NCBI GenBank assembly: GCA_965644315.1
Contig: CBFFRQ010000051.1
Coordinates: forward strand, 1-64,000
Reading direction: 5' to 3'
DNA length: 64,000 nucleotides
Source: Caecitellus pseudoparvulus
Taxonomy: Eukaryota > Protista > Bigyra: Bicosoecida
The notes below the pieces were generated by a model. That model saw nothing but the letters and a program-made list of their open reading frames with translations, was not told where the DNA came from and did no database searches. The translations under genes and the position numbers were made by a program. Shown here one piece after another: positions 1-10,900 of the stretch. Each line of letters opens with the position of its first letter. Position 1 is the first letter of the stretch.

Positions 1-2137
1 GGCAGCGCGCAAGTTTTCAGATGACGCTGCTGCCGGAGGAGCTTCCCACAAGTGATGGCCCGGAGTCTTAGCTGCCCAGAGCGCTTCGTCCTGTTTTCCT
101 GGAGCGCTGCGCCGTTCTGCAGTCCATACCAGCCACGGTAGGCTGCCTTTGGTCTGCCTGCTTCTACAGCTCTCCCGGCAGTGCTGGGGATGAAGAGCGG
201 CATCACATTCCAGCTCTGCGGAACCCGCCACAAGGCGTCACACTCGCACAGGGCATGCCGCCTGCTGCGGCAGCAAGCCGCACGCAAGCCATATATGACA
301 GATAGCATGCACTTCGTGAAAAGAACTGCCAAAGTTGCCCCGGCCTGTGCCGTGCTGTGCACCGCGCTGAGGCTGGCAAGCCGAGCTGGTGCTCGAACGC
401 CCCGGACTGATTCTCCAGCCGAATGAAGCCCAACACGAGGTGTGAACCTCAGACACGACATACTCAACCTTCCTTGTCACTGTGGTTCCGAAAAGGTCTG
501 CACAGCAGCTCTGCAGAGCCCGACCCAGGCTCAAGAGGTCTGGCAGGCGGCATTCGTCCAGTGCCGCACTTCGTCCACCCGGGCTCACTCGCAACCCATC
601 CGCACTGGCAGCTTGTGGTACACCACAGGGCTCCAACAACACGCTGTCCAGGCCAAATTATTTCCAGCCAAGCTTCCTCGTGACCAGCTCGCTTGAGGCC
701 TTCAAAGCTTGCGTGCCGGGGAACACTTCTCCGATGACAGCTTCCGCTGCCAGCCTCCGCAGCATCTTGAGCCGCTCCCACACTCAACACAATCACAAAA
801 CGTGCACCCACTGACTGTCAAACATCTGCTTCCTTCCCTGACAGCCTCCGACGCCCATTGGCACAGAGGAGCTCGAAGCTTGCAGGCTTCGGAAGGTTGC
901 CGAAGCTTGGAAGCATTTACCCGAGCCCTTGCGCGACACTCCCAACCTGCCCTCACTGCCTTGCCTTGGAGGAACGAGCACTTCGGCCTCGCAGTCTGCT
1001 TAGTCCATCTGTCCTTCGAACCAGCATCGGCGGGGCAGTGCGCTGTGAAGGCAAGGAACGCAGGGTTCCCAGCACAATGCCGCCCACAGGCGCCCCGGAA
1101 GACACGAGGGCTGCCATGCGCACAAAGGCTGAGTGTGCTCTTTCTGCCAAGCTGCAGGGAGGCGATGTTTCCGTTTGGATGCGAAACAGCAACAGGACGC
1201 TTGCAGTGGCGGTGGCAAGCACACGCGCGCACGCTGTGAAGACAGGCTCTGTCAAACCACGGCTGGCAAAAGCTCCTGCTTGCATCCTGTGCGCCGGATG
1301 AAGGTGGCTCGGTGTGCCACCATCTCGTGGGTGGGCTTGCGTCGCTCACTGCTTCCCTCGCCCGAGTTCGAAGGTTCCAGCGCCAGCCGTTCGTCCTCCT
1401 CACTGATAACTGCAAGACCTACACATCCAGGTGCTCCGACCACGGCGTATAAGGTGCATCATGCCGCTATGCTTCTGGGATGTCCCTGACTTGTGGCTTC
1501 ATGCCGTCATGTGCTGTGCCACGAGTGCCGCGTTTCGCTGACGTTTCATGAACGCGAAAGCTGCACAAATGGCCCTACTTGTCCACATGTGCGGATAAAT
1601 GCAAGAAGGGGTCCAACAGATTGTGTGTGTACTCCATAGCAATTTTGGGACGCGATTCGTTTGCTAATTCTGTTGGCCTTTCGGATCCGGGGCAACAGAT
1701 TCACGTGCAGCGTCTTGCGTGTGGCTTGTCGTACAGCGTATTTTCGTTTCTCTGCAAATGAACTTCCGTTTGACAAGTCCCTCAGTCACGAGCGAGATTC
1801 AATAGTGATTCCCCCCACACTAAACTCCCCCGCCCACGTTGCTCGCGTTCGCATTGCAGTCCTACTGTGAACTTCCCATGCAGGCAAAGCAAATCGCCGC
1901 CAATTTTCGCTCCCTTTGACGAGCAACGTACGGCTGGGCATTGGAAGCTGCCACCGCTCCGCAGAGACCTTCACGGTGCCGCACGCCCTCGCATCAAACT
2001 ACTTCCTAACTGGAATTCTTGCCCCTATTGCCGTCTGCCTTCATTTTGGGCCGCAGCAGCGGCCGCAGCGCTGGAGGAGCGGTGGAATCTGATTCTGCCT
2101 CGCAGCCTCATCAGGCACAGTATCTAGGCTGGACAGG

Positions 2138-3705
2138 ATGACGAGTGTTTCTAACCCCGGCACTCCGCCTGTCTTCACTCCAGCCCAACGGCTTGGCAGT
2201 GCTGGGCTGTACGGGGGCGTGAGTTTGACGCTTTTTTTGGCTCTCAAGGTGAGGGGCAAGCAATTTCCGCACCTGCGTCCGCTCTGCCTTGCACTGCCCA
2301 CTCCACGCACCCGCGATCGAGCAGACTGTTATCAGTTCGTTTTCATTCACGGCGCGATTCTCCCTCCTGGGTGGGCAGCTCCTTTTCGGAGTCGCCTTGT
2401 GCCTGGTGCTCAAGGTGAGCCTGACAGCCTGCGGTGTCCACCCTTCAGCGCGCGGCCATGTCTGCGCTCTGCTGCTCCGTGCTGCTCAGAAGTACCATTG
2501 GCTGCTCCCAAAGGGAATGAGCATTCCCGAAGTGAATTGGGCCACTTTCAAGAGGTGAGGCGTGGCGTCCACAGCCGGCTGCCGGCCTGTTCACGCGCCG
2601 ACATCGCACGCCGCTTCACAGGGCTCTCCCAGTGGGCGCCCTGTTCATGGCCAACAACGCGTCAGCCTTCGTGGGCATCCGCATGGTGCCGGCGCCCATG
2701 TTCCTAGCCGTGCGCCGCACTGCCATCGGCCTCATCATGCTGACGGAGTGGGCGGTGCTCGGCAAGGCGCCGTCGCTTGCTGTGATGGGCAGCATCGCCG
2801 TTGTGGTGGCTGGCACAGTCATGGCCGGGTACGAGAACTTGGAGGGGGACGCGTCTGGCTATGCTTTCATCCTCTTCTCCAACGCCCTGGCCTCGCTGTC
2901 CCTCGTGTACGCGCGGAAGTTCTCTGACGACACCGGCGTGCGCGGCATGGGCATGGTGCTGTACACGGGCCTGACAGGCGCACCGCTGGGGCTGCTGGCT
3001 GCTGCCCTGGTGGGGGAGCCGGCGTACATTGCACAGTACCCCAGCCTCGGCAGCCCAGGCTTCCTGCTCGCCATGCTCGTCTTTGCTGTGCTGGGCACGG
3101 CCATGAACTACTCCCAGAATCTGTGTGCAGCGTATAACTCGCCGCTCGTCGCGTCCATCGTCGGCGTGCTGAAGGACATCCTGTCCACGCTGGTGTCTGC
3201 GGTGGTCTTCACAGGCTTCAACGCCTCGCCCCTGGCAGTGCTGGGGCTGGTGGTGTCCTTCGTCGGCGCCTTGGCCTTCGCGTTCGTCAAGTTACAGGAA
3301 GCACAGTTCAGCGGCGCCGTCGGCGCCAAACGGGAGGCCCACACGCCCCCCACTTCACGGGGGGACACATGGGGCGCGACATCCCCCTGTGTCTCCCCTG
3401 ACCACTCCCTGTCTGCGCTGAGGGAGCGGCCTGGGTCAGGCCCGAGTGTCGACGCGGCACACCCCCCCTCCAGCGCACCCGCACCACCCCTACACACGGC
3501 ACCCGGCAGTCTGGACGACCTCGGCCCAGTGTCCCCCTTCCTGGCTTCCGCGGCGGTGCACGTGCCAGTGGACTTGCCCCTGCCGCCCACGTCCAGGGAA
3601 CCTGGCACTGAGAGTGGGGCGGTGCCGGACAACCAAGCAGCAGCGCAGGCGGCAAGAGTGCACGTGCACCTGGACACGCCACCTGCCGCCGCGGGACAAA
3701 TGTAA
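2138..3705 (+). CDS. Nucleotide-sugar transporter (SLC35/TPT, DMT superfamily), about 4 exons
   Basis: ATG at 2138 (MTSVSNPG...LALK), GT-AG introns at about 2249, 2415 and 2555. The last exon encodes many TM helices with the motif AMNYSQNLCAAYNSPLVASIVGVLKDILSTLVS, typical of SLC35D-like transporters, followed by a Pro-rich tail. Confidence 0.8.
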
Positions 3706-3810
3706 ACACAAATTCACTGCGTCAGCACCCTGAACGACTGCAACTGTGCACGCGCCCGTTCGCCGTCGGGCTGCACCGACAGCACCCGCCCCAGTCACAG
3801 CTGCGCCAGC

Positions 3811-5609
3811 ATGGCTGAGGCTGAAAGCAAGGTTGGCACGGTGGAGCAGGTGAGAGGCTGCACGGTACACACTGAAGCTGCGGCATCTGCACTGCCTGAT
3901 GCCTGGCCATCACAGGAGTTGTGGAACATCTTCACCTTCTACAGCCTGAACGGCAACCCCCTCGACCCGGGGCACATTCGGGTGGGTGCAGCTGCGGCAG
4001 TGCCGCGTGCGGCGGCACGGCGCGGCGCATTGCCCGCGCTCACAGACGCGCACCGTGCCGTCTCGTCGGCGTTTTCACACGCCCACCCTCCATGTCTACC
4101 CTGCAGCAAACTCAATTTGTCCTTTTTGCGCGGGACGTCGGCATGGTGGGGGAGGACGCCACGAGCGAGGCCTTGACGCCGCTGGTGGATGCCAACATCG
4201 AAGTGGCCTACACGGCGCAAGTGAACCGTAAGAGCCGCAAGGGGCCCAAGCGGATGAACTACCACGACTTCCTGACCACCATCATGAAGCTTGCGTCGCG
4301 GGTGCGTGGCTGGCGCAGGGCGCCTGCAGTGCAAGCCCACGTTTCACTGCAGGCAGGAGTGAAACGCCCCGCGCGACGCTGCACCCGGCTCACACCCCCT
4401 CCCTGGGCCGCCCGCTCGCACAGGTGTACCCCCATGCGACCTCTGTGGATGAGGCTTTCCAGACCCTGCTCATGCGGAACATTCTCCCACACGCGTGGCG
4501 AAGGTGCGCGGCACTTGGCTGGCGCGTGCAACTCGCAGCGCCCTCGATACGCTGTCCGCCCCACCCCCGCCCGACACAGGCAGGTGCAGGACATGGACGA
4601 CATCCTCCTGGATCCAGATGTCATGAAGCTGTACGCGTACTTCGGCGACGCGCTGGAGCAGATCTTCCAGTTCTACGGCACGTCCCAGGTGGGCGCGGCG
4701 GCGGGGCGCACGCCCACCAAGGCCGGCACGCCCGGCACCGCCTCCACTCGGGGCCCTGGCACCACCACGCTGTCCTCCGTCTCCCGCTCCGCCATGGGCG
4801 TGAACACCATGAAGAGCGCCCTGGGCTACCCCGAGTTCCTCAAGTTCGCCGCTGACTTCGACCTGTCCAACACCGTCATCCTGTCCACGCGGGAACTGGG
4901 CGACATCTACCTCTCCGCCCTCAAGCTCACGGAGCACGAGCCCACCGTGCGCAAGCTGTCCTTTGACGAGTTCTGGGAGGCCCTCGTCCGCTGCTCCCTG
5001 CGTGCCTACAGCAAGATCTCCCACTCCACCCCCCTGGACCGCATCCGCGGACTGTTCCTGTACATGTGGCGGGCCATCACGCGCTCCGTGCCACGCGCCT
5101 TCTCCGACCGCCGCAACGTCACGACGTACGCGGGGGACCTGCTCTCTGGCGCCATGCTCTTCAACAAGCGCTTCACGGCGATGTGGGCGGAGGATGGCTA
5201 CCGTGACTACCTCACCCCCGCGCCTGTCAAGGAGGAGAGCGGCTTTGACGTCCTGGCCCGCCTGACATCCGCCGACGCAGCGGGGTCACAGGCGCTGCTG
5301 GAGGCCACCTCCACGGCACGGGCCGCGCCGGCAGAGGGCGTGGAGGCCGCGCCACACGGGGCCCACCCCGCGTCCCCCCCCTCCGCTGTGCCGCCCGGCG
5401 TGCGAGTGAACGCTGACGGGTACCCAGTGCCCGCCACGCCTGGCCCCGAGTCCCCTGTCGTCCCACGCTTCGGCGGCAGCCCCGCTGGGGCAGGGGGCGT
5501 GGTGGGTGCTCCAGCTCCTCCCCGCGGCCCCCGCCCCGCCGACGCCGCCGCCGCGCCCAAGTCCCTCTCCGCCAGCGATTTCTACAAGGCAGGCACGCCT
5601 GGCCTGTGA
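3811..5609 (+). CDS. Conserved-type hypothetical protein with EF-hand/p25alpha-like helical repeats, multi-exon
   Basis: Exons can be joined across GT-AG introns (MAEAESKVGTVEQ|ELWNIFTFYS...|QTQFVLFARD...MNYHDFLTTIMKLASR|VYPH...|...LEQIFQFYG...YPEFLKFAADF...LSFDEFWEALVRC). The IFxFY...FxxFaxD...LxFxxF pattern occurs twice, and codon usage is strongly GC3-biased. Confidence 0.7.
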
Positions 5610-5674
5610 CGTGGCGGCAGCCGACGCCACACCCTCTCTGCCCCGTGTCAGCCTTCCAATGCACTGCATTCAGC

Positions 5675-7555
5675 CTAGCCCTTCTGGTGGGCTGCTAGCC
5701 ACCCCTCGGCGGCGGCACGCACGGCGGCGGCATCGCCCTTGGGCGGCAGGGGCGGTGTCGGCAGTGGCGCGTGCAAGTACTTGCCGTCCACATCCTCCAC
5801 GATGTCGTGCACGCCCCGCCGCGCGTCAGGGGGCAGCTGGGGCGTCTCTGCCAGCAGCAACGCCACGGCGTCCTCCTTGGCTGGCGCGGCGCCGTGGGAG
5901 TCATCCGAGTCACTGTCCAGTGACTCCGACCCCATGACCTCCTCTGCCGTGGAGCCGAGGGCCTCCTTCCACGCCCGCCGTGCCGCCTGGCGCGCTCGCT
6001 TGCGCCGGGTGTAGTACAGGTACTGGATCATGATGGTGAAGTCGAAGACGAGAGTGCCGGCGTTGCCGGGCAGGAACGGCGCCTCCGCCACCCAGTCCGC
6101 CTTGCTGGAGATGCGCATGAAGATGGCCGTGACGGTGGTCACGTTGCCCATGAAGGCGCAGAAGAACATGAGCCAGGACAGCCCCGCGACGGACCGGCGC
6201 TGGCAGTTCTTCACGATCTGTGGCAGGCGCGAGTTCAGGTACAGGATGCTGGACAGGTACCCCATCACGATGCCCGTGGTCTTGGCGGCCTTGGGCAGCG
6301 TCACGTTGCTCTTGCAGGGGTCCAGGTCCAGGCGCCGCTGGGACGGGCTCAGCAGCGGCTCCCAGGCGCTGGCGTTGGCGGCGGCCAGCCCACGCAGGCT
6401 GCTGGGTGGCTGGGGCAGGGTGGACAGGTGTGCACCGTCGCCCGCGCCGTCCACAGCCACCAGGCCATGGTCCTGGCCAGGGGAGGTGAGGCGGCGCCAC
6501 GTGCCGTGCCCGCCCGCCATGTCCACTGCCGAGTGTATGGGCCCACCGTTCCGCACGAGGGCGGGCACTGGCGCCAGCAGCATGACAGCTGCGACCAGCG
6601 ACAAGCCTGCGATGCCTAGGGTGGCGGCTGGCGACAGGCTCCTGCCGCTGCCACCTGCCCGCACAGCGGAGGAGGTGTGGCCCTGCATGTGCCGCGAGAA
6701 GGAGCCCTCCACCTCCAGACTGCCCGACGGCACGGGGGTGGGCGTGGACTGCGAGGGGGGCGGGGGAGCCATGTGGCATGCGCAGCGACCCCAGCACTGC
6801 GCCGTGACACACCTTGGTCTCTGCGGCCCGGCGCTTGGGGCTGTGGCCCACTGCGCTGCTGCTGCGTTGGCGGTGGCTGTCTGTCGCACCCCTGCCGCCG
6901 GCATCTGCGTCCTCCAAAGCTGCAAAGTCGCCCCGGGAGGGCTTGGCGTCACCGCTGGAGCCTGTGGAGGAGGAGGCTGGGGGGTGGCGTGGTCATGCGG
7001 TCCGCGAGGCGAGGGGGGGCGTGTGGGGGAGCAGCACGCACCTTCCAGCAGGGCCGTGTCCTCAGTGCTCTCGCGGTGCTTCTTGGCACCCTTGCCGGTC
7101 TTGGGCTTGGGGTTGATGTACGTGAGGTAGACGTACTGGCTCATCATGATGGCGTCCATGGCCACGAACAGGATGGCGGTGTAGGTCTGCGTGGGCAGCT
7201 GGTTGGTGAGGATGCAGCCTGCCAAGTTCAAGCTGTCCCCCCCCAGCCACTCCAACAGGAACAGCACAGACAGTGCCTCGGCCGTGCCTGCCCTCCAATT
7301 CTTGTAGAACTGGGGCGCCTGGCACAGGATCCAGAAGAACAGGGACGTCATGCTGCGGGCAGGCGCGGGGGGATGGCGGTTGGGTTGCGCGGAGCAGAGA
7401 ACGCTCTGCAGGCTTCGCTCCAGGGCGACGACGCACCCAATGTAGAACGCAGCCGTGTCTTGCGCCTCGTACACGCAGTCGGAAAAGTATGTGTAGATCC
7501 ACCCTACATAGTGGTGGTGGTTGCGGTACTCCGCATCGCACACACACTCCGGCAT
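5675..7555 (-). CDS. PQ-loop repeat lysosomal/vacuolar amino-acid transporter (PQLC2/Ypq-like)
   Basis: Two PQ-loop motifs (ILCQAPQFYKNWRAGTAEALS; LNSRLPQIVKNCQRRSVAGLS) with flanking TM helices. Some in-frame introns are probably embedded in the ORF. Confidence 0.88.
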   Translation of the reverse strand: MPECVCDAEYRNHHHYVGWIYTYFSDCVYEAQDTAAFYIGCVVALERSLQSVLCSAQPNRHPPAPARSMTSLFFWILCQAPQFYKNWRAGTAEALSVLFLLEWLGGDSLNLAGCILTNQLPTQTYTAILFVAMDAIMMSQYVYLTYINPKPKTGKGAKKHRESTEDTALLEGACCSPTRPPSPRGPHDHATPQPPPPQAPAVTPSPPGATLQLWRTQMPAAGVRQTATANAAAAQWATAPSAGPQRPRCVTAQCWGRCACHMAPPPPSQSTPTPVPSGSLEVEGSFSRHMQGHTSSAVRAGGSGRSLSPAATLGIAGLSLVAAVMLLAPVPALVRNGGPIHSAVDMAGGHGTWRRLTSPGQDHGLVAVDGAGDGAHLSTLPQPPSSLRGLAAANASAWEPLLSPSQRRLDLDPCKSNVTLPKAAKTTGIVMGYLSSILYLNSRLPQIVKNCQRRSVAGLSWLMFFCAFMGNVTTVTAIFMRISSKADWVAEAPFLPGNAGTLVFDFTIMIQYLYYTRRKRARQAARRAWKEALGSTAEEVMGSESLDSDSDDSHGAAPAKEDAVALLLAETPQLPPDARRGVHDIVEDVDGKYLHAPLPTPPLPPKGDAAAVRAAAEGWLAAHQKG

Positions 7556-7977
7556 GGCCCTGTGCACGGCAGCGGGGCAGAGCGGAACTTGCGAGGCTGC
7601 TCAACGTGTGGCCATCGCAACGCTGGGCTGTTCACTCACGCAGCAGCAGGGCTTGCAGTGGTGAGCAGTGGGCACACGTGCTCAGGGGTGCGTCAAGTGC
7701 ACGCTGGCTGTGCGCGGAGTGGACTCCTTGCCTGCGACAGTCCGTGCCTTGCTGCGGCACGCGTGCCGTTGCGGAACTTGACAGCGGCACGCCCGACCAA
7801 TGCGACGGCAGGGCAGGGGGACTACAGGCGGCACCGATGTGCACCACGCGTATCAAGGCGTTCGTGGTTTGCAAAATGAACGACCTCGCTGCATTGGTCT
7901 TGCCCTTCCAGCCTGGTGCCGCCCCATCCCCAGGCTGTGGCCCAGCAGGTCACACCGGCAAAGGGGAAGCGTTGAGG

Positions 7978-10900
7978 TCAAGCCTTCTTGCGCTTCGCCT
8001 TGCCCTTGCGCTGCGCCTTGCCCTTCTTGCTACTCCGTTTTCCCCCCTGCTTCTTGCCCTTTGCCCCCTTCGTCGCAGGCGCAGTGCTGTGCTCGGGCGA
8101 TGCGTCTTCCTCCTTCAACGCTGTGGAGCCGTCGGCACCCACTTCAGCGGCTGCCACACGCTCCCACGGCGACAGCACGTCATGTGTGCTGTACCACTGG
8201 GTGGCCTCCTTCACTGCCGACTCCTGCGCAGCCGCCTTGGCTGGCTCACCGTGGGGCAGGCCTTGCTCGGCCTGCTGCAGAACGGCAGCCACCTCGGCAT
8301 CCAGCTGCACCCAGGACTCCTGGAACAGCGGGCCTGAAATGACGCGGCGCGCCATGTCCAGCTTGGGTTCCTTGTGGAGAGGGTTGTTGCACAGGTCAAT
8401 GGTCTTGGCCGCAGCCTTGGAGTCGTCGGAGCACCAGGACTCGCACCACAGCCACTCGATCGGCAGGCTCTTGATGGGCACTTGGTTCTGCGCAAAGTTG
8501 GGCAAGTCCTGGTCCAGGTTGCTCAGGGAGTTCGGGTCCCGGGACAGCTGGTCATACACGGAGCGCAGCGTGTCCCCCACCGCCGTCTGCCTGAAACGCA
8601 CCAGGTCCACGACGTACAGGGCAGAGATGTGGTACGGCCGTGGGCCCAGGTGGTTCTTCCAGTACCCTGATCGCCAGAACTGGAAGCCCAGAGTCTCGGC
8701 ACGCGAATCACAGAACGGCGTGTAGCCGTATGGGGCCCCGCCCAAGTCCATGTCCCACAACTCCGCGAGGTCTGCACGGACCACTTGGTCGGCGTCCACG
8801 GTGATGATCTTCGTCACGTTCAACGGGAACAGAACGTCCAAGAACAGGATTTTGTACCCCCAAATGATGCGCTGCTTCTCAGTCTGCCCATTCAGCCAGT
8901 TGGGCCACTTGTACGTCACGAAGGACACGTCGAAGCCGTAGCGCTCCGCAAAGTACTCGATGGTGTTCTTGAAGGCGGGCGAGAGGAAGTTCTCCACCAG
9001 CCAGAAGTGCACCGGGCGGGATGCGCGCTTGGTCACGCTCAGCATCATGATGCGCAGGAACCTCTCGTACAAGTGCCCCGACGCCAGGCTGAATACGTGG
9101 ATGGTTTCGTTGCTGCCGCCGTGCTTCTTGCTGCCAAACAGCGACGATACCGACGTCCACAGGTCCCCTCCAGCGCTGGCAGAGTCACCAGTGTCACCTC
9201 CCAGCGTCGCCAGCAGCTGCTCCTGCTCCTTGCCTGCCTGCTTGCGCACGCGGAGTTGCGTGATCTGCCCCAGGAAATCCCGCACAACCACTTGCTGTGC
9301 GGGGACGGCCGGCGCCTCCTCGCCGTCCTCTGGCTCCACGAAGAAACGCGAGCGCTGCACGCGCCTCAGGGCGCCATGGGCAGCAGCATCTGCCGCCGGC
9401 GGCTGTGTGATTTCGTACAGTTCCGCGGCGCGGCCGGCGGCCAGGGCGATGTCCCACACGCCTGGGTTGGCCTTCAGCTGGAAGTAGCCGAGGTTCTGCA
9501 TGACGAGCGTGTCTGAGACGCGCCCAGAGTCCCCTCGCAGCTCCAGCTGCAGGCCATTGGGGGGCTTGCTGTGCGTGAGGTCTTCGCACTGCCCTGCCAG
9601 CAGCAAATTCTTCAGCTCATACGTCACATGCACTGTGCGCGGCATACCCGGCAGGCCCAACTTCAAGTTGTCCATGTCGTACTGCGCCGACAGTGCCTGC
9701 ACATTCCACGCTTCAGGCGGGTACACCTTGGCGGTGAGGAGCGTGGGGGCGGGAGGTAGGTGGCTGAGGAAGGCGCGGTCGGCCAGGGCTTGCTGGGGGC
9801 CCGCGACCAGCTTCCCCACCCCCGGGGCGACGAAGCGGTAGTAGGACTGCAGTGGCATGTCACTGGCGTCTGACGTGGGCGTCAGGTACACGCGGACATC
9901 GGCGCCCAGTCGGTCACGCGCCAGCAGCAGCAGGGGTGCGGCTCGCTGTGCAGCCTCCGACGTCGGGTTCAGCACGGCAACGATGTCCACGCCCGTCCGC
10001 TGCAGCGCACGCGCCGGGCGGGACTGAATCAGCGTGTGGTTGCCCAGCATGTGACGCTCCGGCAGGGACCGGCGCTCCCCTCCAGCTGTGTACGCTGCGA
10101 GAGCAGCGCAAGCGGCGGCTGTGGCAGTGGCCTGCGTCACCTGCAGGCCGTCGTCGAATTCAAATGACTCGTGCTTGGCCACTAGCGCAGCCACTGCGCC
10201 CCCCTTCTGCGCACGGTCCAGGGCCAGGGCAGCCTCTGGGCGGGGCAAGGTGTGCGCGCCAGCACCATCGGCCCAGTACAGGCGCGCGTTGACAGAGAGG
10301 CCCAGGCCGTCGCTGCCGGGAGCTGCCCCCGTTGCCGCCTGCAGCACCTCCCTCGCCCAGGAAGCCTTCACTGCCCCGCCTGCAGCCCCAATGGTGCGCT
10401 TGTGGGCATCAGTGTGGCACGTGGAAATGGTGGGGTGGGCAGCTGCCCCTGCAGCCGCCTCGGCAGCTTCGTGCACACGCTCCACTGACACTTCCTCTGC
10501 AGCCAGCAGGGAGTCCACAGTGGCTGCAATGACCCGTGCAGCCTCATGTGCCGGGGCGGGGGTGCCCCGCGCAGGGAGGTAGCAGTGCAGCAGCGCCCCC
10601 AGAGCTGCCCCCGGGGAGTGTGCCTTCCAGCTTCCGGTGTGCACCAGCGTCACGCGCGCGTCAGGCACGAAGGAAGCGTCCTCCTCTGCCTTGCCGTCCG
10701 GCGAGGCATCCGCCGCCTCTGGAGCTGTGGCTAGCGCCAGCACACTCGCGGCAAGCTGCATGCCCTCTCTGCTGTCCAGGTCGGCGAACGCGACCACTGA
10801 CACATTGCTGGCTTGTGGCTGGTCGCCACCAGACAGCCAAGGCAAGGCGTCTAGCCATAGGGCATTGTCAGGCACTGCCAGGTGGAGTGATGTCTGCTCC

